Virus genome (UHGV): UHGV-1378817
DNA length: 64,000 nucleotides
Source: a virus
Reading direction: 5' to 3' (one strand)
Below, one piece after another: positions 52,924 through 61,822 of the stretch. The notes beneath the pieces are model-generated. The model saw nothing but the letters and a program-made list of their open reading frames with translations. It made no database searches and was not told where the DNA came from. The translations under genes and the position numbers were made by a program. How positions within the stretch are numbered: the stretch's first letter is position 1; each line of letters starts with the position of its first letter.

Positions 52924-53130
52924 ATGAAAGATTTTCTGTTGGCAATTTTGTTCATGGCAGCATGTCTGTCCTGTGGTGTCGTGTTTGCAGGTGAAACAGC
53001 GTATCTTGTCGATGTGTATCGGGACAATGGTAAACGTATTTGCCTTTATGAGACAAGCCAAGGTGAGCTCTACGAGCTTGTGAAACAAGGCGAGGCAGGT
53101 TCCTGCCCTCGCACCCATTTCTTTGAATAA
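52924..53130 (+). CDS. small secreted/lipoprotein-like protein (68 aa)
   Basis: N-terminal signal peptide LLAILFMAACLSCG with Cys near cleavage region; strong SD; own promoter; directly downstream of endolysin. Confidence 0.5.
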   Translation: MKDFLLAILFMAACLSCGVVFAGETAYLVDVYRDNGKRICLYETSQGELYELVKQGEAGSCPRTHFFE

Positions 53131-53139
53131 GGGGGATAC

Positions 53140-53604
53140 GTGGAAGACGGACGTTTAATGAAGTCTGAACGCAGGCTTATTGTGCAACTGATCCCAGAAA
53201 CAGCTTGGTATAATAACCTCCGAAACGCTGTGAAGAAGAGTGAGTGGGATAAGATCCGTAAGAAGTGCTACAGAGAAGCCAACTACACTTGTGAGGTGTG
53301 CGGCGGTAAAGGCAGCAAACATCCAGTGGAATGTCATGAACTTTACACTTTCGAAGAGGGAGTGATCCGGCTTGTCGGACTGATAGCGTTGTGCCCAGAT
53401 TGTCACACATCTGTGCATCCTGGGTTAGCAAATATCCGTGGAAAGTATGCTCAGGCAGTTAGTCAGTTGGCTAAGGTGAATAAGATCACTAAGGGTATGG
53501 CAGAGGCGTATTACCGAGACTGCTTTGCAGAGTGGCGTGAGCTTAGTAAAGTTCCGGAATGGAAGACTGACTTTTCTTGGATACATCAGTATTTGGAGAG
53601 TTAA
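53140..53604 (+). CDS. HNH endonuclease-like zinc-finger protein
   Basis: CEVCGG...HPVECH...LIALCPDCHTSVH fits the CxxC...H...N/L..C..CH HNH pattern; GTG start after AAGGGGGAT. Confidence 0.45.
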   Translation: MEDGRLMKSERRLIVQLIPETAWYNNLRNAVKKSEWDKIRKKCYREANYTCEVCGGKGSKHPVECHELYTFEEGVIRLVGLIALCPDCHTSVHPGLANIRGKYAQAVSQLAKVNKITKGMAEAYYRDCFAEWRELSKVPEWKTDFSWIHQYLES

Positions 53605-53606
53605 GT

Positions 53607-54461
53607 GTGGTATACTACAATGACAATGATAAAGATGCAGTTGCTTGGTTGAAGAATCTAATATCTTTAGGACTACTTCCTCAAGGCGAGGTGGATGATC
53701 GTTCTATTACAGAGGTTACTGTAGAAGATCTTAGAGGTTTCACTCAGTGGCACTTCTTCGCTGGCATAGGTGGATGGCCTTTGGCCTTGAAACTTGCTGG
53801 CATTCCAGAAACTTGGTCGGTATGCACAGGATCTCCGTGCTGCCAACCTTTCTCTCAGGCAGGTAAGCAACGTGGAAAATTTGACCCAAGACATCTTGCA
53901 CCAACATACCTCCGGCTCGTTAAACAGCTTAAACCTGAGTTCATGTTTGGAGAGCAGGTTGCAAAAGCGGTTGAATCTGGATGGCTCGACGATATGCAGA
54001 ATGAAATGGAAAACTCTGGTTACAGCTTCGGGGCTTCCATACTTAATGCTGCAATCCTCAACGCCCCGCACCGCCGCGAACGACTTTACTTCGGGGCAGT
54101 TAGCAACGTGGTTAACCCCTACGGTAACTCAGGTAGGGTGCAGATCTCAGGAAGCGATGGAAAGGCGCAAGCAACAACGCTTAGCAACTGGCAGGAAGTC
54201 ATTAAGTCCTGGGAATCTGTGGGAGCAGGTGAGGATGTATTACGGGTGTGGGAGCATACAAGACAGTATCTATGCCGAGACGGAAAATGGCGTAAACTTC
54301 CTGAACCCGGCATTCCCTTGTTGGTTGATGGGCTATCCACCCCAATGGGATTGTCTCGCCACAAAGGCTTCGGTAACGCTATAGTTCCGCAAATAGGGGC
54401 ACTTTGGGTGCAAGAGTTTATGAAGTCAGTGGATGATTGTGTAAGAGGTGAGTATGGCTAA
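53607..54461 (+). CDS. DNA (cytosine-5)-methyltransferase
   Basis: Motif I FFAGIGGW, motif IV GSPCCQPFSQAG (PCQ), motif VI-like FGEQV; start ambiguous between ATG 53577 (overlaps HNH gene) and GTG 53607. Confidence 0.75.
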   Translation: MVYYNDNDKDAVAWLKNLISLGLLPQGEVDDRSITEVTVEDLRGFTQWHFFAGIGGWPLALKLAGIPETWSVCTGSPCCQPFSQAGKQRGKFDPRHLAPTYLRLVKQLKPEFMFGEQVAKAVESGWLDDMQNEMENSGYSFGASILNAAILNAPHRRERLYFGAVSNVVNPYGNSGRVQISGSDGKAQATTLSNWQEVIKSWESVGAGEDVLRVWEHTRQYLCRDGKWRKLPEPGIPLLVDGLSTPMGLSRHKGFGNAIVPQIGALWVQEFMKSVDDCVRGEYG

Positions 54462-54744
54462 GAAACCTGTAAAAGAGAAATTTGATAAGACAGCTTTTGT
54501 ATTCGATACACCTCTGGACGACATCATCAGAGGTATGCAATCCTTGTATCGGAAGGCTGAATCTGAGCAGTTGTCTGAATCAGAACTTTACTGGCTTGGT
54601 TGGTGGGAGTTAAACCTGCCTAAAGCTGAAAGTTCTTGTCTGAGAACTGTTAAAACGTGCGCCCAAGAAAACGCTGCACTTGGAATCTACCACAAAAGGA
54701 AAAGATCAACAAAAAGCTCTCCAAGAAAGACCAAAAAGTCTTGA
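54454..54744 (+). CDS. hypothetical basic protein (96 aa)
   Basis: ATG 54454 with AAGAGGTGAG SD, overlapping methyltransferase stop; Lys/Arg-rich C-terminus. Confidence 0.4.
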   Translation: MAKKPVKEKFDKTAFVFDTPLDDIIRGMQSLYRKAESEQLSESELYWLGWWELNLPKAESSCLRTVKTCAQENAALGIYHKRKRSTKSSPRKTKKS

Positions 54745-54770
54745 CAAAAGTGTTATTAATCTGATATTAT
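54741..54770 (+). promoter_or_regulatory. candidate promoter TTGACA-18-TATTAT
   Basis: TTGACA at 54741-54746, TATTAT at 54765-54770, then AGGAGA SD and ATG 54804. Confidence 0.45.
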
Positions 54771-54803
54771 CGGTCAGATATCTATAAACTAGGAGAACTA
54801 GAT

Positions 54804-55112
54804 ATGCTTAAAATTTTTATTGTTGAAGATAAAGATATTGTCCAGTTGTATGCAAACGAGAATCATAAAGGTATGATTCTGAAGAAGGCAAGCAACCTTC
54901 ATGAAAACACAATTCAACCTGGCGATGTAATTAAGATCTGTGGTTATATGATATCAGACTCCTTGATGAAAATAACCCACCACTGGGGGTCTAATCCGTT
55001 CCTTTTTGAAAAGTATTGGGATGTTGAGTCACTTATTGCAGAGAGTGATGATGCATTCCATTACAGCATCCAACCATCTTGCAGAATAACTAACAGGAGG
55101 GTCTTTGAGTAG
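54804..55112 (+). CDS. hypothetical protein (102 aa)
   Basis: ATG with AGGAGA SD downstream of promoter; no motif recognised. Confidence 0.45.
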   Translation: MLKIFIVEDKDIVQLYANENHKGMILKKASNLHENTIQPGDVIKICGYMISDSLMKITHHWGSNPFLFEKYWDVESLIAESDDAFHYSIQPSCRITNRRVFE

Positions 55113-56244
55113 AGAATATCCACTTATTGAGTCCATAGATTGTCTGGCTGATCTTCTTGAACCTGACGCTATAGTTTATTATGACTTCGATCAAGTTGCA
55201 TATCAAGCTGCAGCAAGTTGTGAAAAAAGGACAATTGAGGTAACACACAAAGCCTCCGGACGTAAGAAGATGTTTAAAACACGAACAGAGTTCTGGGGGC
55301 GGCAGAAGAACACCGTTGGTGGTTGGTTAAAAGCTGAGAATACCAACCGTGAAGCTGCATGTAAAAAGGCTGGCAAGGAGTTTATTCCGTGGACACGAGA
55401 AGATTTCGATGTCTTGGATATCCAAACCCCTGATCCTGTAGAGAACTGCTTGCACACAATTAAGTGTAAAGCTAATGCAGTCCTTAATTATCTCGGTATT
55501 CCGGAAGATCGGTGCGTGGGGGTACTTGGAGGCACAGGTAATTTCAGACTAGATCTTCCCATGCCGGAAAGATATAAAGCCAACCGTAACAATACTCTTC
55601 GACCACTGCTGCTTGGAGATGCAAGACAGTATCTCCAAAAGCAGTATAATGCTCAAGTGATCAACGGTATCGAGGCTGACGACTGGTTAGCTATCCAGCA
55701 ATTTGAAGGTTGGAACCACTACCAAAAAACAGGTAAGTTCAACAAGTTTATTATCTCTATTGATAAGGACCAAAGAACACTACCGGGGCTTGTGTTCGAT
55801 CCCATGCGAAACGATAAGGGAGATTTTGTAAGAGAAACCCCTATGCTGATCGATAACGGTATGGGAAACATCTTCATGAAGCCTAATGGAGAGGTTGGTG
55901 GTTACGGAATGCTGTTCTTCGGATACCAAATGCTGTGTGGTGATTCTGCTGACAACATCAAGCCGTATCAGGGACTTATCGGTAAGGGTAAGTTCGGAGA
56001 TGCCTCAGCATTCTACCTACTGTCTCAGTGCAGCACTCCAAAGGAGATGTGGATGGCTATTATTGATCAGTACAAGAAGTGGTTCCCGAAAGGTGTTGTT
56101 AAGTATACTGACTTCAATGGTATTGATCGTAGAATTTCCGTAGGTCAATGGATGAGTATAATTTTTGACTGTTTGTATATGAAGCGAACATTCAATGATC
56201 AAACAAAACTTGTTAACGTTCTTAGAAATGTTGGAGCAATTTGA
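55105..56244 (+). CDS. 5'-3' exonuclease / flap endonuclease (RNase H-like)
   Basis: GIEADDWLA matches the conserved acidic EADD block of FEN/T5-D15-type nucleases; TTG start with AGGAGGG SD. Confidence 0.6.
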   Translation: MSREYPLIESIDCLADLLEPDAIVYYDFDQVAYQAAASCEKRTIEVTHKASGRKKMFKTRTEFWGRQKNTVGGWLKAENTNREAACKKAGKEFIPWTREDFDVLDIQTPDPVENCLHTIKCKANAVLNYLGIPEDRCVGVLGGTGNFRLDLPMPERYKANRNNTLRPLLLGDARQYLQKQYNAQVINGIEADDWLAIQQFEGWNHYQKTGKFNKFIISIDKDQRTLPGLVFDPMRNDKGDFVRETPMLIDNGMGNIFMKPNGEVGGYGMLFFGYQMLCGDSADNIKPYQGLIGKGKFGDASAFYLLSQCSTPKEMWMAIIDQYKKWFPKGVVKYTDFNGIDRRISVGQWMSIIFDCLYMKRTFNDQTKLVNVLRNVGAI

Positions 56245-56576
56245 TGACTAAAAATTCTGTAGATAACGCAATTATGGAAGCTGTTTTTGAGGATGATCAC
56301 ACAACAGGGACACTTAAAACAAAAAATACATTCGTTGTTGCCACAGGTATGTGGCGGTTGTATGAAGATGACACCATTTCATACATCCTGTACACGGATG
56401 ATTACGCAGATGACCGTGTATGGTCTGCTGTTTTAAAAGAGGATTGTGAGCTGATTGAGGGCGAGCGGTTATGCATGTTCACCAGTGTGGAAACAGATGT
56501 TAAGCTTTGCTCTCTCGTATTGTTCAAAGATAAGGCTTATGCTCCTGATGAAGGAGAGGAGGATGAGGAAGCATGA
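56241..56576 (+). CDS. hypothetical acidic protein (111 aa)
   Basis: ATGA overlap coupling with upstream gene; acidic C-terminus. Confidence 0.4.
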   Translation: MMTKNSVDNAIMEAVFEDDHTTGTLKTKNTFVVATGMWRLYEDDTISYILYTDDYADDRVWSAVLKEDCELIEGERLCMFTSVETDVKLCSLVLFKDKAYAPDEGEEDEEA

Positions 56577-57202
56577 GAGAGCGTCTATTATCCATAGACC
56601 AGTCGTTGACACACACAGCTTGCGTTGTATGGGACGATGGAAAGCCTGTTCATAAGGTTGTGTTACGAACTCAAAGCTCATCTGCAAAAGAGAAGAAACC
56701 AGGGACGGTTTCTTTTGCAACAGCTGCTGAGCGTATTGACTGGATCTGCAAACAGGTCAGATATTATATCCACACGCACGGCGTTGACACCGTAGTTATG
56801 GAAGGGCTTTCCTTTGGATCACGCGGGGATGCCACACGTGAACTGGCTGGGTTGTTTTACGGTCTTGAAGTTATGCTTTGGGATGCCTTAGCTGATTGTG
56901 AAAATGACGGCCTGTTTAAGGTCCACACAGTGACACCAACAACTGCCAAAAAGTTTGCTCGTAGTCATCTTCCTGAGGAACTGGCTTTCGAGGAGAAGAA
57001 AAAGCTTGACAAAAAGACAGGTAAAGAGCATACTGTGAAGAAACCTGTTACAATGGATAAAAAGTTGATGGTTAAGGCCTGCGAAGTATCTGAACCTGGG
57101 TTCCTAGATGGGATCAATTTGGTACAAGGTAAGGCCGATCTCGCAGATGCTTATTGGATAGGCAGGGCGCATCTGGAGGGATTATCGCAAAGCGTAAAAT
57201 AA
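56573..57202 (+). CDS. RuvC-like Holliday junction resolvase (tentative)
   Basis: N-terminal LSIDQSLTHTACVVW resembles the RuvC beta-1 Asp motif; later VVMEGL acidic residue; overlap coupling. Confidence 0.4.
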   Translation: MRERLLSIDQSLTHTACVVWDDGKPVHKVVLRTQSSSAKEKKPGTVSFATAAERIDWICKQVRYYIHTHGVDTVVMEGLSFGSRGDATRELAGLFYGLEVMLWDALADCENDGLFKVHTVTPTTAKKFARSHLPEELAFEEKKKLDKKTGKEHTVKKPVTMDKKLMVKACEVSEPGFLDGINLVQGKADLADAYWIGRAHLEGLSQSVK

Positions 57203-57759
57203 GAAAGAAAGCTGTCAAAGCCCCCGTTCATAACGGGTGGTTAAAAGATTCTAAGGACATAGCCAACTTTCGAAAAGAATTGTCAGAGGAGCAGGATGGT
57301 CTTGATCCGATCTTGTGCGAGCCACTTCGTAAGCCTTGTTTGGATCATGACCATCTGACTGGTCGTTGCAGGGGTGTTTTGTCACAATGCACTAATACCT
57401 TTGAGGGGTATGTGCTTAAATACTGGATGAAATACTGTAACGAGTATACAGATTGCAGTTTATCAGAGGCGTTGCGCCGGATGGCTGACTATTTGGAGAA
57501 AGACTACAGCGACTTCCCGCTCCACAAAAACTACAGAGATGATATGACAAAGTTCTTGAGGAGATGCTCTAAAGCTACGATCATTGCACGAGCAGAATCA
57601 GATCTCAATCTTGTCATTAATCCAGAGTGCACCAAGCATGAGGCTATTGAGTTCTACATGCAGGAGTTTATAAAGAAAACTGAGGAGAGAGATTTCTATG
57701 GGGATGAAAAAGGTATTCAATCCTTGCGACTCAGTCCTGATCAGGATGAAATACCGTAA
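57154..57759 (+). CDS. endonuclease VII-like recombination endonuclease
   Basis: ILCEPL...CLDHDHLTGRCRGVLSQCTNTFEG parallels T4 endo VII CLICQREL...HLDHDHELNG..RGLLCNLCN; start uncertain (TTG 57154 overlaps upstream gene). Confidence 0.55.
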   Translation: MDRQGASGGIIAKRKIRKKAVKAPVHNGWLKDSKDIANFRKELSEEQDGLDPILCEPLRKPCLDHDHLTGRCRGVLSQCTNTFEGYVLKYWMKYCNEYTDCSLSEALRRMADYLEKDYSDFPLHKNYRDDMTKFLRRCSKATIIARAESDLNLVINPECTKHEAIEFYMQEFIKKTEERDFYGDEKGIQSLRLSPDQDEIP

Positions 57760-57919
57760 CTGGAAAGGTGTTGTTGCAGATCGCTGCGTTACTGAGCCTA
57801 ATTTATGGTTTGGCTCTACAGAGTATCATAAAGAAGAGCAGTGGTTGATGCGTGCCTTCGATGTAGACAAGGGCGAATATCGTGACTTCGCTTTAAAAGA
57901 CATTCTTCAGTTTTACTAA
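57746..57919 (+). CDS. hypothetical small protein (57 aa), start uncertain
   Basis: Track ORF 57698..57919 overlaps upstream gene by 62 nt; internal ATG 57746 chosen; weak SD. Confidence 0.3.
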   Translation: MKYRNWKGVVADRCVTEPNLWFGSTEYHKEEQWLMRAFDVDKGEYRDFALKDILQFY

Positions 57920-57931
57920 GGAATCTTAACG

Positions 57932-58915
57932 ATGATGACAAAGTTAACTCTTGAGCAAATTTTAACACTAAAGCAACAGGGATACACTAATAGACAAATT
58001 GCTCGTGAATTTTTAGGCCGTGAGTCACGTGAGAGCTGGATCCGACTACAGCTTAAACGTGCACAAGAGAATATGTCAGAGATTGTAGGAGAAGCAACGG
58101 AGCGCTTCCTTGAAGAGCACAAAGGTGCTAAAGTTTGGGTGTATGATACAGAGACATCTCCAACAAACGGCTGGTTCTTTGGGCACTATAAGACCAACAT
58201 TCAAACCTGCGGTATTGAAATTATGCCCTACATGCTAACTTTCGCAGGTAAGTGGTTAGACAGTCCTAGTGTGGTTGACTGCGCTCTTCCTGATTACAAA
58301 ATGTGGGATGAGGATATTCACAATGATCTCGAATTGATTCAGGATTTGTGGTATTATCTGGATACATGTGATGTCGCAGTAGCCCACAATTCAGGTTTTG
58401 ACTGTGGGTGGGCCAACCAACGATTTGCATTTCACGGATTGCCTCCAACAAGCCCCTACAAAGAGGTTGACACCCTTAAAATGATCAAGAAGGCATTCCG
58501 TTTGAATGCAAACACTTTGGAGTATGCATGCAAATACTTCCAACTTGCCCGACAGAAACTGATTGACCACACATTTGAAATGTGGATCAAGTGTGTTCAC
58601 GGTGATCTTGAGGCGTTTAAACAGATGCGGGAGTACAATGTTGGCGATATCCTATCTCTGGAAGGCCTGTATTTGCTGGCTCGCCCGTTTGCTAAGCAGC
58701 ACCCCAACATGTCATTGTACTACCAGGATGAGGAGCCAAAAGTTCGTTGCCCACGCTGTGGTGGAGAACACCTTCACGAGGAAGAAGCTTTGGCGTATAC
58801 TCAACTGAGTGCATTTAAAACATACCGCTGCGAAGGTTGTGGATCTGTTGTTCGTGACCGTAACAACATCCGCACCAGAGAAGAAATGAAAAATACCCTG
58901 ATTCAGATAATCTAA
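57932..58915 (+). CDS. DEDD-family 3'-5' exonuclease with N-terminal HTH
   Basis: Exo I VYDTETS, Exo II AVAHNSGFD, Exo III region HGDLEAF..Y..D; N-terminal LKQQGYTNRQIAREF HTH-like. Confidence 0.6.
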   Translation: MMTKLTLEQILTLKQQGYTNRQIAREFLGRESRESWIRLQLKRAQENMSEIVGEATERFLEEHKGAKVWVYDTETSPTNGWFFGHYKTNIQTCGIEIMPYMLTFAGKWLDSPSVVDCALPDYKMWDEDIHNDLELIQDLWYYLDTCDVAVAHNSGFDCGWANQRFAFHGLPPTSPYKEVDTLKMIKKAFRLNANTLEYACKYFQLARQKLIDHTFEMWIKCVHGDLEAFKQMREYNVGDILSLEGLYLLARPFAKQHPNMSLYYQDEEPKVRCPRCGGEHLHEEEALAYTQLSAFKTYRCEGCGSVVRDRNNIRTREEMKNTLIQII

Positions 58916-58923
58916 CAATTATA

Positions 58924-58951
58924 GGGAGGCTTGCGCCTCCCTTTTCCTTTT
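58924..58951 (+). terminator. intrinsic terminator
   Basis: GGGAGGC-UUGC-GCCUCCC perfect 7-bp stem followed by UUUUCCUUUU, directly after exonuclease stop. Confidence 0.6.
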
Positions 58952-58960
58952 GGAGGCACT

Positions 58961-59779
58961 TTGAGCAAGAAAGAGTCCAACGACAAATACTACACAAACC
59001 CTGAGTATGCAGAATATCTTGTTGGTAAAGTAAAAGATAAGTATGGGAATTGTGCATACGTTGAGCCTTCTGCTGGAAGGGGTTCTTTTTCAAAACTATT
59101 TTCAGAGATACTGTCGTACGATTTAGTACCAGATCCTGAATTTGAAGGACCAACACCGTGCATTCAGGCAAACTTCTTGGAGGTGCATCCCAAGGCAGAT
59201 GTCTTCATAGGTAACCCACCATTTGGCAAGAATTCATCCTTAGCTTGCAAATTCTTTAACCATTGTGCATCATTGCTAGAGCTTGGAGGGGCTATAGCCT
59301 TCATCTTGCCACGGACATTTGAAAAAATATTTTTTGCAAACAAACTGGACATGTCGATGCACCTTGTCTACAGCGAAAGGTGCCCTAAGAATTCGTTTTT
59401 ACTTAATGGCAAACCTTATGACGTGCCATGTGTTTTCCAAATTTGGGAGAAAAAGGCGTGCAATAGGGATCCTGTAGAGATTGGAGAGAATAAGTTATTT
59501 TCTTTTAGCACACCAGATGACTACGACTTCTGTGTAAGACGTGTTGGGTATAATGCTGGAAAAGTATTGGGGGATGATGACCCAAAATCTGAAGAATCAA
59601 CATATTTCATAAAATCTTTAGTTAACGGTGTTGACAGAGTGTTTGCTGAATGCTATTCTTCTTTTCAAGAAGAAGCAGGTAAGACTGCTGGAATGAAGAG
59701 TATAGGTAAGAAAGAACTACAATACATTTTGGAGACCAGGTATGATCAAAAGCATAGACTTGACCAAAGAACTTACTGA
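58961..59779 (+). CDS. DNA amino-methyltransferase (N6-adenine or N4-cytosine class)
   Basis: Motif I YVEPSAGRGSF then motif IV FIGNPPFGK (NPPF); start moved from track 58931 (inside terminator hairpin) to in-frame TTG 58961 after GGAGG. Confidence 0.6.
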   Translation: MSKKESNDKYYTNPEYAEYLVGKVKDKYGNCAYVEPSAGRGSFSKLFSEILSYDLVPDPEFEGPTPCIQANFLEVHPKADVFIGNPPFGKNSSLACKFFNHCASLLELGGAIAFILPRTFEKIFFANKLDMSMHLVYSERCPKNSFLLNGKPYDVPCVFQIWEKKACNRDPVEIGENKLFSFSTPDDYDFCVRRVGYNAGKVLGDDDPKSEESTYFIKSLVNGVDRVFAECYSSFQEEAGKTAGMKSIGKKELQYILETRYDQKHRLDQRTY

Positions 59780-60200
59780 TGCAAAAGCTTTTGGTGAGAC
59801 AGCGGTACAAAGAGGACAGGCGATGGGACTGGCACTACCTTTCGTCTTAAAAGAGCACTTTACAGATTTTCAACTTATCAAAGGTGATAAGGGAATGCTT
59901 ATCCTGGAGCATAAGTTGAGTAAGAAACGCTATAAAGTCGTTTTTAATTCTAAAGCTCCAACAAAACTGGGATTCAGAACTTACAATCTTAACCCTTCCT
60001 ACACTAAGGGTGTTGGAAGGGTAGAACAACAGCATTTCAGTGCCAGAGCTTCTTTAGCCCCTTTGATGCTAAATTTCTCAGGGGTGGCTTTAGGATACCT
60101 TGATAAGAAAAGGGTTCTTCATGTTCGTTTCACAGACTTTGTAACGCTTTTAGCTAACAACGAGGTTGATGAGAAGGGACGTGTAAAAACAAACTTCTAA
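59742..60200 (+). CDS. hypothetical protein (152 aa)
   Basis: ORF from track overlapping methyltransferase end; no motif recognised. Confidence 0.4.
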   Translation: MIKSIDLTKELTDAKAFGETAVQRGQAMGLALPFVLKEHFTDFQLIKGDKGMLILEHKLSKKRYKVVFNSKAPTKLGFRTYNLNPSYTKGVGRVEQQHFSARASLAPLMLNFSGVALGYLDKKRVLHVRFTDFVTLLANNEVDEKGRVKTNF

Positions 60201-60215
60201 TAACGCATAGTATGA

Positions 60216-60419
60216 TTGGAGACCGAAATGACACTAGAGTTAACAATTCCAGACAGCTTTTCAGAAAACTTTATCCCAGAAATGATGAGTAAGATGCGAT
60301 CATTGCTTGATCAGATTGAGGAGGCTGTTTGGGAAGACGATGCTGTAGTGGCTAACGAGCTGGTAGATAAGTGTAAAAGTATTATTGATGCAGTTGAAGA
60401 ATACCACGGAGGTTTTTAA
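60216..60419 (+). CDS. hypothetical small acidic protein (67 aa)
   Basis: ORF from track with GGAGA SD; coupled to downstream gene. Confidence 0.4.
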   Translation: METEMTLELTIPDSFSENFIPEMMSKMRSLLDQIEEAVWEDDAVVANELVDKCKSIIDAVEEYHGGF

Positions 60420-61033
60420 TGGATATTATTGTTCTTAACGCCCCACCCAGCAGTGGTAAGGATCACATTGCAGATCTCTTGTTGGAAGCTATTCCTAACT
60501 CACACCACCGTGAGGTTAAGGAAATGCTCTTCAGTGTGGCAATTAAGGCAGCTGGTGTAACTCCTCAACTCTGGAATGCACTTTATGACCGCCACTACAA
60601 AGAAGAGCCTTGCCCTTTCTTAATGATAGACGGCAAGCATGTTTCTCCGCGAGAATGGATGATCCATTGTAGTGAAAATCTGATTAAACCTATCTTTGGT
60701 GAAGATGCTTTCGGTAAAGCCGCAGTCGCATCTTTGAAGAAAGATTTCCCTGAAGGTAAAGGGGTTATTGTTTACTCCGATGGGGGATTCAAAGAGGAGC
60801 TGGCATGCCTTAGCGAGTACGCATACAGCACAGGTGGAGATCTGTTGTTGTTCCGTATTCACCGTGTAGGATATGACTGGGGAAATGATTCCAGAACCTA
60901 TCTAAGTCTGGAAAAGAACGGAATAAAAGGGGTTGAGTTTGATGTTGTAAACCCTGAAGGTGCACCTTGGGAGTGTGCATCGGAGATTGTGTGCAAGTAT
61001 ATTGATGCTAAAGAGGCCCAAGAAGAATGTTAA
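60419..61033 (+). CDS. deoxynucleoside monophosphate kinase-like
   Basis: N-terminus MDIIVLNAPPSSGKDHIADLL parallels T4 gp1 MKLIFLSGVKRSGKDTTADF as I recall it. Confidence 0.55.
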   Translation: MDIIVLNAPPSSGKDHIADLLLEAIPNSHHREVKEMLFSVAIKAAGVTPQLWNALYDRHYKEEPCPFLMIDGKHVSPREWMIHCSENLIKPIFGEDAFGKAAVASLKKDFPEGKGVIVYSDGGFKEELACLSEYAYSTGGDLLLFRIHRVGYDWGNDSRTYLSLEKNGIKGVEFDVVNPEGAPWECASEIVCKYIDAKEAQEEC

Positions 61034-61620
61034 TCGGAATTGATGTAGATCTGACACTGGTAGATTCAGGAACAGCATGGTGGGAGTGGTTGGAGCGTTT
61101 GTATGGTCCAGCCAGTAAGACAGTAGCTAAACCTTCTAATGGGCTAATGTATTACGATTTGTCAAAGTATTGGCCTGATCGTCCCAAAGAAAACATCATA
61201 GGACCTTTTGATTTCTGGAGTGATCCGTTCCTCTACGACTTCCTTAAGCCTGAAGAGGGGGCTATTGAGGTTATGAAAGATTTGGTGGCTCGTGGTCACA
61301 AGCTTGCATTTATCTCGGTATGCAAGAAAGGTCACCTTGCATCTAAATCAAGGTTCTTAAAGCGTTGGACCAGTGATTTTATGGACCTGGACGATCACAC
61401 CCAGGGCCACGGCTTCTACGCCACACATTTCAAAGGGAATGTGGCTGTAGATGTTATAATTGACGACAGGCATGAATACCTGAACCAATTCGCTTCACGA
61501 CCTGAAGTTATTAAAATCCTAAAAGATACGCCTTATGAGCAATTCGAGGAGTTAAAGGTCAGTGTTGACTATACCGCTAATAGCTGGTATAAAATAGGAA
61601 AATTTTTAGAAGGTATTTGA
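61027..61620 (+). CDS. HAD-family phosphatase, 5'(3')-deoxyribonucleotidase-like
   Basis: N-terminal IGIDVDLTLVDS fits HAD motif I DxDx(T/V). Confidence 0.5.
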   Translation: MLIGIDVDLTLVDSGTAWWEWLERLYGPASKTVAKPSNGLMYYDLSKYWPDRPKENIIGPFDFWSDPFLYDFLKPEEGAIEVMKDLVARGHKLAFISVCKKGHLASKSRFLKRWTSDFMDLDDHTQGHGFYATHFKGNVAVDVIIDDRHEYLNQFASRPEVIKILKDTPYEQFEELKVSVDYTANSWYKIGKFLEGI

Positions 61621-61621
61621 A

Positions 61622-61822
61622 ATGGGCAGATGTTCTAAAGGTGGCGATCCTGTAGTCAGATACGGTGACTGGCTAGAGGTGTATGATCTAGGAGGTAAGC
61701 TAGTGTATGCCTCTAGGATCACCCAAGATATGTGCTCTGACATGTTCAACAGATACCTTGCATTTAAGGCCAACATAAACCCAGACGAAATTTCCAAAAT
61801 TAAAACAAGGAGAGCTAAATAA
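61622..61822 (+). CDS. hypothetical small protein (66 aa)
   Basis: ORF from track, coupled to ThyX-like gene start. Confidence 0.4.
   Translation: MGRCSKGGDPVVRYGDWLEVYDLGGKLVYASRITQDMCSDMFNRYLAFKANINPDEISKIKTRRAK

Noticed and set aside
58931-58960. Track start of the methyltransferase ORF at 58931
   Set aside because: That codon lies inside the loop of the upstream terminator hairpin; an in-frame TTG at 58961 preceded by GGAGG is more plausible.
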